The notes under the pieces were generated by a model. The model saw nothing but the letters and a program-made list of their open reading frames with translations, ran no database searches and had not been told where the DNA came from. The position numbers and the translations under genes are program-made. DNA of 59,474 bases from an uncultured Candidatus Saccharibacteria bacterium (GTDB taxonomy: Bacteria > Patescibacteriota > Minisyncoccia > Phycocordibacterales > UBA9973): the NCBI GenBank assembly GCA_964563615.1, contig CAZLWF010000005.1, positions 1 through 59,474 on the forward strand, read 5' to 3'. Below are positions 10,539 through 19,598 of the stretch, piece by piece (within the stretch, counting starts at the first letter, position 1; each line of letters opens with the position of its first letter).

Positions 10539-13500
10539 CACTCTATGTTAATCGAAATAATAATTTCTCCAATATTTACTTCTTGCCCATTATTATCTGC
10601 AAACGTCACTTCTTTTGCCAAGACTGTCTTCTTAAAATCATTCATAAACGGCGTGACGAGTGATTCTGCTCCAGGTGAAATACTGAGAGATATGACATCA
10701 CTAGGAGTTAATCCTGCTTGCTTACGCATGTCTTGCACAGCTCGGACAAATTCTCGATACTCGCCTTCGAGCTTAAGCTCCGGTGTAATACGCTCATCAA
10801 AAACAATCACTGGACCTTTTTCAACAGCTTTGACATTGAGCTCATCTTTGATGAGTTCTTTGTAGTAATCACTTAGGTCTTCGGTGACGAAGAAAAATGC
10901 AAGTGGCTGGCGCACAGGGATATTAGCTTTCTTCCTGAGTGCATTTCCGACCGTGCACAAATCCCGAACAACCTGCATATTTTCTATTAACTGTTTACTA
11001 TTCACTATTGACTGTGTTCCTGGCCAATCACTTAGATGCACACTTTCTACATCTGCCTCATGTCGTAATCGTTGCCATATATCTTCCGCAGCAAATGGTG
11101 CAAATGGCGCCATCACTTGGGCGAGAATTTTTAATACTGTATACAATGTTTGCTTTGCATCAGTATCACCATCTTTGATGCGGTCTCTCGAACGACGTAG
11201 ATACCATGTCGAAAGATCACCAATAAAGTCTCGAATTGCCCGTACAGGTTCAAGGGCTTTGTATGCATCGAGCTTCTCGGTTGTGAGGACGATGACTTGA
11301 TCAAGCCGAGCCAGTACCCATTGATCAAGAATGTTTTTACTTTCGACTTTCGACGTATCACTTTCGACTATTGTATCCCTATACAACTCATAGAACGATA
11401 AAATATTATACAAGAGCCCAAATACTTGACGTTGAAGTTCGCCAACTGTCCGTTCATCGAAATTCTTGGACTCACCCGGCTGGTTGACTGAGTACATCCA
11501 CAAACGAAGCGTATCGACGCCGTATTTCTCAATCATCGTCCAGGGGTCAACAACATTCCCGATTGATTTAGACATTTTCTTGCCGTCTTTATCGAGAATA
11601 TGTCCGAGACAAATAACATTCTTGTACGCCAAACCACGATCCATGAGCACACCAACAGCGAGGAGTGTATAGAACCAGCCTCGTGTTTGATCGATCGCTT
11701 CAGAAATAAAGTCTGCTGGGTACCCTGGACCTTCGACAAAATCTTTATTCTCAAATGGATAATGATCCTGTGCGAACGGCATAGCACCTGAGTCAAACCA
11801 GACATCCATGACTTCTTTTACCCGACGGAATTCCTTGCCATCTCGCTCCAGTACGATTTCATCAATAAATGGACGATGCGGATCAAGCTCATAATTTACA
11901 TTATGCGGCAGTGGCACAAATGGAAGTTCCCTAACTTCTGCATTATTTAAATATTTAAATTCCTTTTTGTCCGTAACAAGATCGAGTGATCGATCTGGAT
12001 CTAAACCTTGCGCACCTGCAACCAAAAGCCATGATGGACCACCATGCGTCACCAGAAGAATATTTTTATTTTGATATTTTGATTCCAGCTCATACAAGAG
12101 ATCCATTGATCGCTTTTTTACATCCATATACGATTCCCCATCTGGATACGCAAATGAGAAATTCTCTGCATTTTTCGGAAGCGTCGTATGATATTCTATC
12201 CAGGTCTTGAAACCAGCATTACCAACTTTGAATTCGCGAAGTCGATCATCAATTATGATACTTTCTTTTGGGAGATCAAGAATCTCACGAATGATTTCTG
12301 TTGTTTCTTCTGTACGAACGAATGGTGAAGCAATGATAAGCTCAATATTTTGCTTTTTTAATTCTTCCGCGCTCACTCGCACCTGTTCTCTACCCTTCTC
12401 TGTGAGATGATCCGGCGCATCTACAATCTCGCTAATAAATCCACCTAGGTTGTGCTCTGCTTCCCCGTGTCGCATCACGAAATACGTATTACCTGACTTT
12501 TTCGTATATTTCTTGAGGGTTTCAAATGAATCGACAACCAATACCTCTCCGTCAGTTGCTACCCAAATCGGTAGTGGTGTTCCCCAGTACCGTTCACGAG
12601 AAATCGCCCAATCTTTCACTTCACGGATCCACTCACCAAAGCGCCCTTCTTTAGTATGATCTGGTTCCCAATTGATCTTATGATTTTCAGCAACAAGCGT
12701 ATCGCGAAGCGTTGACATGCGGATATACCAAGAATCTCGAGCATAATAGATAAGCGCAGTTTTACAACGCCAACAATGTGGATATGAGTGAGTGTATTTT
12801 TCTTTCTTGAAAAGTAATCCTCGATGTGCCAAATCTTTGATAACATCGACTGCTGTCTCTTCATCTTTGACAAATTTCCCTTCGAGGAAATCAGTGCCTT
12901 TGACGAAATGACCTGCCTCATCAACGAGGTGGAATTTAGGTAGTCCTACTTTTGTACCGAGCTCGAAATCTTCTTGCCCATACATGACTGCAGTGTGCAC
13001 AATGCCTGTACCATCAGTCGTGGTCACAAAATCTGCTGGATAGACCTTGTACGCATTTACTAATTTTTCATCACCAGCATCAAGATTTTGAAGATATGGG
13101 TAGAGAGGTTCATATTGCATACCTACCATTTCATTACCCGTATGCTCTGCAATAATTTCATGCGGTTCCGCAATAACAGATAAACGTTCTTTTGCTAACA
13201 CCAAAATTTCATCTCCGACTTTGACTTCTACATACACCACATCTTTACCCACCGCCAAACCAACATTGCCAGGCAGTGTCCATGGGGTCGTTGTCCATGC
13301 AAGAAAATAACCATTGTCTGTTCCGACAATTTTAAACTTTGCAGTTACTGAAAGGTCGGTATCATCTTGATACCCTTGGGCAAGTTCGTGTGACGAAAGC
13401 GCTGTCCCACAACGAGGACACCACGGTACGACTTTGTAGTCTTTGTAGAGCAAGCCTTTGTCATGTACTTTTGAGACAATATTCCAAATTGATTCGATAA

Positions 13501-13969
13501 AATCACTCTTGTAGGTGATGTAGGGATTTTTGTGATCTACCCAATATCCGGATCGATCAGTAAATCGTTCCCATTCATCGATATATTTCCACACACTCTC
13601 ACGGCATTTATCATTGAATGCTGCAATACCGTAGGATTCGATTTCTTTTTTGGATTTCAATCCCAATTCTTTTTCGACTTGGAGTTCTACTGGTAACCCA
13701 TGTGTATCCCAGCCGCCTTTCCTACGCACATGAAATCCTTGCATTGTTTTATACCGTGGAAATGCATCTTTGAAACAACGAGGTTCTAGGTGGTGAATGC
13801 CAGGCTTGCCATTGGCTGTCGGCGGACCATCATAGAAAACAAACTCACCCTTTGGAGATTCTTTCTCAAGAGATTTTTGGAATATAGTATTATCTTTCCA
13901 AAACTGCAAAACTGCTTCTTCACGAAGCGCTGTGTCTGATTTATTATTTTGTTCGTTGTTCTCTAACAT
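10538..13969 (-). CDS. ileS: Isoleucine--tRNA ligase, type 2, with inserted histidine-phosphatase domain
   Basis: FYDGPPTANGKPGIHH, GWDTHGLP, WTTTPWTLP, WAISRERYWG and KMSKS. The RHG...VTHGG domain is inserted before VMDVWFDSG. Confidence 0.95.
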   Translation of the reverse strand: MLENNEQNNKSDTALREEAVLQFWKDNTIFQKSLEKESPKGEFVFYDGPPTANGKPGIHHLEPRCFKDAFPRYKTMQGFHVRRKGGWDTHGLPVELQVEKELGLKSKKEIESYGIAAFNDKCRESVWKYIDEWERFTDRSGYWVDHKNPYITYKSDFIESIWNIVSKVHDKGLLYKDYKVVPWCPRCGTALSSHELAQGYQDDTDLSVTAKFKIVGTDNGYFLAWTTTPWTLPGNVGLAVGKDVVYVEVKVGDEILVLAKERLSVIAEPHEIIAEHTGNEMVGMQYEPLYPYLQNLDAGDEKLVNAYKVYPADFVTTTDGTGIVHTAVMYGQEDFELGTKVGLPKFHLVDEAGHFVKGTDFLEGKFVKDEETAVDVIKDLAHRGLLFKKEKYTHSYPHCWRCKTALIYYARDSWYIRMSTLRDTLVAENHKINWEPDHTKEGRFGEWIREVKDWAISRERYWGTPLPIWVATDGEVLVVDSFETLKKYTKKSGNTYFVMRHGEAEHNLGGFISEIVDAPDHLTEKGREQVRVSAEELKKQNIELIIASPFVRTEETTEIIREILDLPKESIIIDDRLREFKVGNAGFKTWIEYHTTLPKNAENFSFAYPDGESYMDVKKRSMDLLYELESKYQNKNILLVTHGGPSWLLVAGAQGLDPDRSLDLVTDKKEFKYLNNAEVRELPFVPLPHNVNYELDPHRPFIDEIVLERDGKEFRRVKEVMDVWFDSGAMPFAQDHYPFENKDFVEGPGYPADFISEAIDQTRGWFYTLLAVGVLMDRGLAYKNVICLGHILDKDGKKMSKSIGNVVDPWTMIEKYGVDTLRLWMYSVNQPGESKNFDERTVGELQRQVFGLLYNILSFYELYRDTIVESDTSKVESKNILDQWVLARLDQVIVLTTEKLDAYKALEPVRAIRDFIGDLSTWYLRRSRDRIKDGDTDAKQTLYTVLKILAQVMAPFAPFAAEDIWQRLRHEADVESVHLSDWPGTQSIVNSKQLIENMQVVRDLCTVGNALRKKANIPVRQPLAFFFVTEDLSDYYKELIKDELNVKAVEKGPVIVFDERITPELKLEGEYREFVRAVQDMRKQAGLTPSDVISLSISPGAESLVTPFMNDFKKTVLAKEVTFADNNGQEVNIGEIIISINIE

Positions 13970-14015
13970 ATTGACATAAAATTAATATTGTGATAAAATA
14001 TCATAAATAATAAAG

Positions 14016-14207
14016 ATGGAAAATCAAATAATAGTTTTACTTTGGATTTTAATAGGTATTTGCTATACAGGCACAGGATACCTGATAACACTTAAATTAA
14101 TTTCAGATAAGGGCAGACCCAGCCGTATGACACGATTGATTTCAATAATCCTGTGGCCATTTATGGGGCTATTGGCTGTAATTGCTCCCGAATCAACCAA
14201 GCATTAA
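14016..14207 (+). CDS. Small membrane protein, antisense within the ileS leader
   Basis: 63 aa with two hydrophobic segments. It has its own extended -10 (TGATAAAAT, 13991-13999) and its stop sits immediately before the shared hairpin. Confidence 0.65.
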   Translation: MENQIIVLLWILIGICYTGTGYLITLKLISDKGRPSRMTRLISIILWPFMGLLAVIAPESTKH

Positions 14208-14263
14208 AAAAACTCGTCCACGAATCACGATAAACATCATGATTCAAGGACGAGTTTCTTTTT
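14206..14263. terminator. Bidirectional intrinsic terminator (T-box terminator and terminator of 14016-14207)
   Basis: aaactcgtcc...gaatcacgat aaac atcatgattc...ggacgagttt, with T tracts on both strands. Confidence 0.85.
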
Positions 14264-14408
14264 ATATAAGAAATCGTGGTACCACCTTGCTTGCTTCTCA
14301 TTTACTGCTATTACGGGCTTACCCGTCAGGTTCTAGAGTCTTGCGACATTCTTCCTGAAGCTGCCCCCGTTTGGAGGACCAAGAGGTGATTGCCTCTTCA
14401 ATGCTTAT
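14206..14408 (-). promoter_or_regulatory. T-box riboswitch (Ile specifier AUC) upstream of ileS
   Basis: Minus strand: the antiterminator CAAGG-UGGUACC-ACG (14275-14289) pairs with CGU-CCUUG (14245-14252). The AAGAGG/CCUCUU hairpin has loop CAAUCA containing AUC (14388-14390), and there is an alternative terminator hairpin. An extended -10 TGATAGTAT lies at about 14415-14423. Confidence 0.9.
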
Positions 14409-14457
14409 AAAGAAATACTATCACATAGGTAATAAAAGTCTATGTTACAATATTTCC

Positions 14458-14700
14458 ATGGATCTCTCATCACTCGGGCACACTATCCTTCTTACTATCA
14501 CCAATATTCACCATTTAACTATTGGTTTTTGGATTTTAGTTGCCTTGGTTGTTTTTATTTCCTTTATTTTGATCTCCAATTTCCGTTCATACGGCGAGAA
14601 TTATTTAATTGGTTTTATATTCTATGCGCTCTATGGTTTTGGAGTATTTACCTTACTCACTAATATTTACAACCAGCTCCATATTATTGCTTCATTATGA
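14458..14700 (+). CDS. Small membrane protein
   Basis: 80 aa and hydrophobic. Start chosen at MDLSS because TGTTACAAT lies 6 nt upstream; the longer ORF-track start falls inside the T-box. Confidence 0.65.
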   Translation: MDLSSLGHTILLTITNIHHLTIGFWILVALVVFISFILISNFRSYGENYLIGFIFYALYGFGVFTLLTNIYNQLHIIASL

Positions 14701-15227
14701 CGTTACACAAAGATGAAACTAAAATAGCAGTCTACCGCAGACACTGGTTTTATTTTGTCACAGAAACACTCCTCTTTGGATTGCTTGCTGTTTTCCCTCT
14801 TGTTGCAGGCACCATACTGCCGACCTACATACCTTTCGAAATTCCAGCATATCTGTCAGTTTTATTTCATTTCCTTTATACACTCTGGCTTTTATTTGTC
14901 TGGATAACCTTTTTTATTTCCTACACGAATTATATTCTCGACCTTTGGATTTTGACTTCAGAAAGACTCGTCAATGTTGAGCAAATCGGTATATTCTCAC
15001 GTGAGGTTTCAACTTTGCAGATTGAGAAAGTTCAAGACATCACTGTCACACGAAGTGGCCTACTCGATGAACTCTTAGGCACAGGTAGCCTCCTCGTCGA
15101 AAGTGCTGGTGCTGATAAAAAGTTCTTCATGTCAAAAATCGCTAATGCCGAACGCGTCAAAGAGCACATTCTGAAAATCGTAGAAGCTAAAACTCATGAA
15201 GTAAAAACCGTACGAATCGAAAAATAG
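14697..15227 (+). CDS. PH-domain (bPH_2-like) membrane protein
   Basis: Two TM helices, then WILTSERLVNVEQIGIFSREVSTLQIEKVQDITV...GTGSLLVESAG. Confidence 0.75.
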   Translation: MTLHKDETKIAVYRRHWFYFVTETLLFGLLAVFPLVAGTILPTYIPFEIPAYLSVLFHFLYTLWLLFVWITFFISYTNYILDLWILTSERLVNVEQIGIFSREVSTLQIEKVQDITVTRSGLLDELLGTGSLLVESAGADKKFFMSKIANAERVKEHILKIVEAKTHEVKTVRIEK

Positions 15228-15647
15228 TTACGCTGCTTTTTGTTCTCTTCCTTCTTCTCTTACTTTCTTCTTTGCTAACTCTTCTCGGAGGAACCTAGGC
15301 ATATCTTCCTCTTTCATTATAAATATATTTTGTGCTTCAAAATCTGCAGTTGTTTTACAGTTCTCACAAAGCGACACACCAGCTTTACCGCCAAAAGCGA
15401 TATAGACGTCACGCGTTTTGGGATCGACACCAACAACTGGGCCATATTCGCGCATGGGCCAGCCTTGCTGTACATAGTCACCAGGCTTAAATGCAATACC
15501 TTCAAAAGACTCGGGATTAGTATCAAGCCAGATTTTATCTTGGCTCCAATTGCTCACAACAAACTCCTTGAGATGCGGATTGTTTGGGGGTTCCTGCAAA
15601 GGCTCACCGATATGGGCATGCTTCCGGGGAAAATCATTTTCTATCAT
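15228..15647 (-). CDS. Hypothetical protein
   Basis: 139 aa ORF with TACAAT 6 nt before the ATG. It converges on 14697-15227. Confidence 0.6.
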   Translation of the reverse strand: MIENDFPRKHAHIGEPLQEPPNNPHLKEFVVSNWSQDKIWLDTNPESFEGIAFKPGDYVQQGWPMREYGPVVGVDPKTRDVYIAFGGKAGVSLCENCKTTADFEAQNIFIMKEEDMPRFLREELAKKKVREEGREQKAA

Positions 15648-15677
15648 AGGTGGATTGTAACGCTTTCGTATAAAAAG

Positions 15678-15703
15678 AAAAGCCCAGAATGTCTGGGGCT
15701 TTT
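15678..15703 (-). terminator. Intrinsic terminator
   Basis: aaaagcccaga-atg-tctggggctttt hairpin with an A-rich flank, directly after the 15705-16229 stop. Confidence 0.7.
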
Positions 15704-15704
15704 A

Positions 15705-16229
15705 TTAGGTGAGATACGTATAGCAATCCCGATCGCCATCACTGAGTGTAGTAGCGATAGCTTTCGAACATCCTGGATCATGCTCAATAATCGAGCAGAA
15801 AAAATTTGTCGGTACTTGTACATTTTTCACAAAGGCCACGAGGATGCCATTAATTTTTTCTTTCTCTTGCACCAGTTGGTTATAGGAACCAATCAGGTAG
15901 AGCAACTGCTCCCACTCTGGATGCATTTCCGGCCTCGTCTTTATGGGGCGATCGCCTTCAAAAAATATCCTCTGCAGCAAAATATCGATTTTGGCTCTTT
16001 TTGTTCTGGCTTCATTTGCCATAAGCGAATTCTGTAATGAATATTTTATCAATACGCAGAGCGGTAATAATAAAATAATCCCGACAATAGAGCGAACTGC
16101 ATCAAGGTAAGATAAGACCTTGAGATCAATTGCTCCGATAAGTAACGAAAGAATCAGTACTATAAAATAATTCTTCTCCTTTACGGTCATTGGAAGCTGA
16201 TCATCAGGTGCAACAAGTTGATTTTCCAT
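15705..16229 (-). CDS. Hypothetical two-TM membrane protein
   Basis: 174 aa with two N-terminal hydrophobic helices, flanked by an upstream -10 and a terminator. Confidence 0.6.
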   Translation of the reverse strand: MENQLVAPDDQLPMTVKEKNYFIVLILSLLIGAIDLKVLSYLDAVRSIVGIILLLPLCVLIKYSLQNSLMANEARTKRAKIDILLQRIFFEGDRPIKTRPEMHPEWEQLLYLIGSYNQLVQEKEKINGILVAFVKNVQVPTNFFCSIIEHDPGCSKAIATTLSDGDRDCYTYLT

Positions 16230-16280
16230 GGAATGAATTTTTATTATTCTACCATAAAATATTTTATCTGTCGATGTAAA

Positions 16281-16306
16281 AGAAAAAACCCTCTTTTGAG
16301 GGCTTT
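16281..16306 (-). terminator. Intrinsic terminator
   Basis: Minus strand gccctc-aaaa-gaggg followed by ttttttctttt. Confidence 0.7.
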
Positions 16307-16604
16307 AAGTTAAAAAATTATACATAAGCTTACGAGCTTCTCTGGGCCATTTTTTGTAAATGAGTCTACATAACTGATGCACTTCTTTCGATTTGTGTTT
16401 ATACGACTCATTTTTCTCGTCAGCTAATATTTTTTCATATTTATCCAGGAATTTATTCAGTCCTTCATTGGCCTCTTCAAATGACTCTGCCTGAGTCACT
16501 TTCCATCGAGCCAATTCATAATCACTCTTTTCCTTAGTGGACTTTTTAATTTGCAAAATGAACATTATGAACCCAGAAAAAACTGAATGTATTTTTTGCG
16601 TCAT
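16305..16604 (-). CDS. Hypothetical protein
   Basis: Likely start MTQKIHSV (99 aa). The ORF-track start overlaps argS. Confidence 0.5.
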   Translation of the reverse strand: MTQKIHSVFSGFIMFILQIKKSTKEKSDYELARWKVTQAESFEEANEGLNKFLDKYEKILADEKNESYKHKSKEVHQLCRLIYKKWPREARKLMYNFLT

Positions 16605-16659
16605 ATTTTTCTTTTTACTATAGCATATATGACTACATTTGTCTAGCAAACTAAGAAAG

Positions 16660-18372
16660 CTACATTTTTTCGGGCACTTGTATACCCAAAAGCGATAGCC
16701 CATTTTTCATGACTATTGTAAATGTTTTTGTTAGAGCGATTTTGTATGGTGAATACTCATCTTTACTATCCACGATTGCAGTTTCTGCATAGAAACTATT
16801 GAATGCGCTCGCAAGTTCTATCAAATACGTCGCTATGTGGTGTGGTGCATAACTCTCCCCTGCGCGAACAACAACTTCCGGGAAGCGATACAATAAATGT
16901 TCCAGTAAACTAACCTGGCTTGGTGCTTGACCTGCATCAATTGCAATCCCCTCTGTTTCGGCTTTCCTCAAGACTGACTGGGCACGCGTTGCGCTGTATT
17001 GAAGATAAGGACCAGAATCACCCTCAAAGGAAATCGACTTGTCGAAATCATAGACAATATCACCACCAATCGCCGAGCGCAAAATGGCATATTTGATTGC
17101 AGCAACCGCTACCTGCGTGACGACTTCCTCACGCTCAAATGCAGTAAATGCCCGTCCTTGGACACGCTCGAGGATCACCTGCATTGCTTCATTTAGAAGC
17201 GACTCACCGGTAACCACATTGCCTTTACGTGAGGCCATTTTGCCCGACACGAGGCGCATCATACCGTTGGTGATATGCATCGTCCGATCTGCCCACATAG
17301 GTTCAATATGACGCATAGCCTCTTTGACCACTTTCATATATTCACCTTGTTCAACAGCGGTCGTAACAATAGAGAGATCAGGGTTTTCATAGGCAAATTT
17401 CTGCTTGGTAAGTCCAAGTTCTTTGGTCTCATAGGTTGGCAGCCCTTGGGAATTCACAAAGACGCGTGTGTGAAGCGCAGGATTATATTTCTCACCGTGA
17501 AAGACAACTGCCCCATCGCTTTTCTCAAAGACTCCTTTCTCTAGATATTCGTTCACAATCGCAAGACCGATCGGCGCCATCTCACTTTCAAAAAAAGAAT
17601 AATCAAACTTCGTGCCGAGTATTGTGTAAAGTGATTCAAATGCAGCAAGCGTTACGCCCCTGCCCCAATCATAAAGCTCGTTGATTTTCTCTTCGCTTCG
17701 ATCATAAATTTCTTTATTAATCGCATCAATTTCTTTTTTCGCTTCGGTATCATTTTCGTATGCATCGTTACCTTTGGCATAGCATTCGCCGATATAGAGC
17801 GCTTGTGCCGATACAGCTTCAAGTTCAGCTGGTATAGGATTTTTCATGAGACCATAAATCGCTTTCGCTACGTGTGGACCAACGTCGCCTTGATAGTTGG
17901 CACGGATCACTTTAGCACCGTGATATTCGACTATTCTTGAAATCGATTCACCGATGGCATTCGTCATCAAATGTCCAATATGAAATGGCTTGAATGGATT
18001 TGGCTGTGTATACTCAACCATGACTTTTTTCCCAGAAAGTATTTCATTTTTGCCATAGTTTTCATGTGCCTTGAGTATTGCCGCAACTTCATTTGTAAAA
18101 AATTCTCTACTCAAGTAGAAATTAATAAATCCAGGGCCAGCTATTTCAATCTTCTCGATCTCTGGCAGTTTAGTTTTCTCAAGTTCAGTAAGTATAAGCT
18201 TTGCAACGTCTTGTGGAGATTTGCCGAGTGGTTTTGCAAGTGCGAGAGCAACATTGGTCGAGTAGTCACCATGAGCAAAATCCCCAGGGTGGTCGAGCTT
18301 AATAGCTTGATCAGTAAAACCAAGTGCTGCTAGGGATTCCTGTATATAGGCTGTAAGCTTTTCTGCGATCAT
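16660..18372 (-). CDS. argS: Arginine--tRNA ligase
   Basis: HGDYSTNVAL, IAGPGFINF, VEYTQPNPFKPFHIGH, KMASRKG and GDSGPYLQY motifs. Confidence 0.95.
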   Translation of the reverse strand: MIAEKLTAYIQESLAALGFTDQAIKLDHPGDFAHGDYSTNVALALAKPLGKSPQDVAKLILTELEKTKLPEIEKIEIAGPGFINFYLSREFFTNEVAAILKAHENYGKNEILSGKKVMVEYTQPNPFKPFHIGHLMTNAIGESISRIVEYHGAKVIRANYQGDVGPHVAKAIYGLMKNPIPAELEAVSAQALYIGECYAKGNDAYENDTEAKKEIDAINKEIYDRSEEKINELYDWGRGVTLAAFESLYTILGTKFDYSFFESEMAPIGLAIVNEYLEKGVFEKSDGAVVFHGEKYNPALHTRVFVNSQGLPTYETKELGLTKQKFAYENPDLSIVTTAVEQGEYMKVVKEAMRHIEPMWADRTMHITNGMMRLVSGKMASRKGNVVTGESLLNEAMQVILERVQGRAFTAFEREEVVTQVAVAAIKYAILRSAIGGDIVYDFDKSISFEGDSGPYLQYSATRAQSVLRKAETEGIAIDAGQAPSQVSLLEHLLYRFPEVVVRAGESYAPHHIATYLIELASAFNSFYAETAIVDSKDEYSPYKIALTKTFTIVMKNGLSLLGIQVPEKM

Positions 18373-18391
18373 ATTGCACAGTTTAGCATAT

Positions 18392-18418
18392 AAAAACCCC
18401 TTTGTTACAGGAGTTTTT
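18392..18418 (-). terminator. Intrinsic terminator after glyA
   Basis: aaaaacccct-ttgttac-aggagttttt inverted repeat. Confidence 0.55.
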
Positions 18419-18431
18419 ATTGCATTTCAAT

Positions 18432-19598
18432 TTATTTTTGGCGTAATACTTTATCGATCTTCCGCGCTATTGTTATCATGTCTTTCTCCTTTTTGCCCCG
18501 TGTCGTCTCAGCTGGAGTACCGAGTCGTATGCCAGAGGGATCTACAGGACTTCGAGTATCAAATGGAATGGTATTTTTGTTAACAATGATACCTACTTGT
18601 TCCAATCTTTCACTAGCTTCTTTACCACCAATACCTTTGCCATCCATCCATGTATCAACAAGTAGCAAGTGTGAGTCAGTACCCCCTGAAACAATTCTCC
18701 AGCCGAGCTTCCCAAGTTCATGTGAAAGTACCGATGCATTTTTGGTAACTTGCTCCGCATATTTTTTAAATGCAGGAGTTGTAGCTTCTTTAAGAGCAAC
18801 AGCAACTGCTGCAATTTGATTCATATGCGGACCACCCTGAAGACCGGGGAAAATTGCTTTATCAATTTTTTGCGAGTAGTTTAATTTAGAAAAAATAAGT
18901 GCACTCCGAGGTCCTCGAAGTGTTTTGTGGACCGTCGTTGTAACTACATCTGCATACGGAAATGGTGATGGATACACCCCACCTGCTACGAGTCCTGCAA
19001 TATGCGACATATCAACCATAAGGATAGCACCACAAGCATCGGCAATAGATCGCCACTCTTTCCAATCAACTATACGCGGATATGCTGTATAGCCAGCAAC
19101 AATGAGAGCCGGTTTTTCTTTCATTGCAATTTTTTTGAGCTCTATGTAATTTAACGTTTCTGTTTTTTTATCAACTTGGTATGGTATTTGCGTCCACCAT
19201 TTTCCAGTAACTGAAACTTTATGTCCATGGGTAAGATGCCCTCCATGAGATAGCTCCATGCCCATAATCTTACCTCTTGGGGGGACAAGAGCTATCAATA
19301 CAGCAAGATTCGCAGGCGAACCTGAAAGACCTTGAACATTGACGCTCCATTTGTTCGTTGTAAGTCCAAACAAAGAAAGTGCTCGTGCACGACATAGATC
19401 ATCGAGCTTATCCACGATTTCATTGCCACCATAGTATCGCAATTTCGAATACCCTTCAGCGTACTTGTTGGTAAGCTCTGAACCCAATGCTTCAAGCACG
19501 TCTTTCGAAACATAGTTTTCTGAGGCAATCAAATTGATCACGCTTTTTTGGCGCTTTTTTTCTGCATCGATTAATTTTTTGATTTGAATGTCTTTCAT
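18432..19598 (-). CDS. glyA: Serine hydroxymethyltransferase
   Basis: LIASEN, NKYAEGY, GGHLTHG, TTTVHKTLRGPR (PLP lysine) and SGIRLGTP. Confidence 0.96.
   Translation of the reverse strand: MKDIQIKKLIDAEKKRQKSVINLIASENYVSKDVLEALGSELTNKYAEGYSKLRYYGGNEIVDKLDDLCRARALSLFGLTTNKWSVNVQGLSGSPANLAVLIALVPPRGKIMGMELSHGGHLTHGHKVSVTGKWWTQIPYQVDKKTETLNYIELKKIAMKEKPALIVAGYTAYPRIVDWKEWRSIADACGAILMVDMSHIAGLVAGGVYPSPFPYADVVTTTVHKTLRGPRSALIFSKLNYSQKIDKAIFPGLQGGPHMNQIAAVAVALKEATTPAFKKYAEQVTKNASVLSHELGKLGWRIVSGGTDSHLLLVDTWMDGKGIGGKEASERLEQVGIIVNKNTIPFDTRSPVDPSGIRLGTPAETTRGKKEKDMITIARKIDKVLRQK

Noticed and set aside
14371-14457. N-terminal extension of the 109-aa ORF
   Set aside because: It lies antisense to the T-box stem I and its promoter. 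A -10 box 6 nt before ATG 14458 supports the shorter gene.
15330-16037. 235-aa plus-strand ORF
   Set aside because: It is antisense to two minus-strand genes that have their own promoters and terminator, spans that terminator, and has no recognisable motifs.
1-18372. Four aminoacyl-tRNA synthetase genes within 18 kb as a special island
   Set aside because: They sit in separate transcription units among unrelated genes, and this density is plausible in a small genome.
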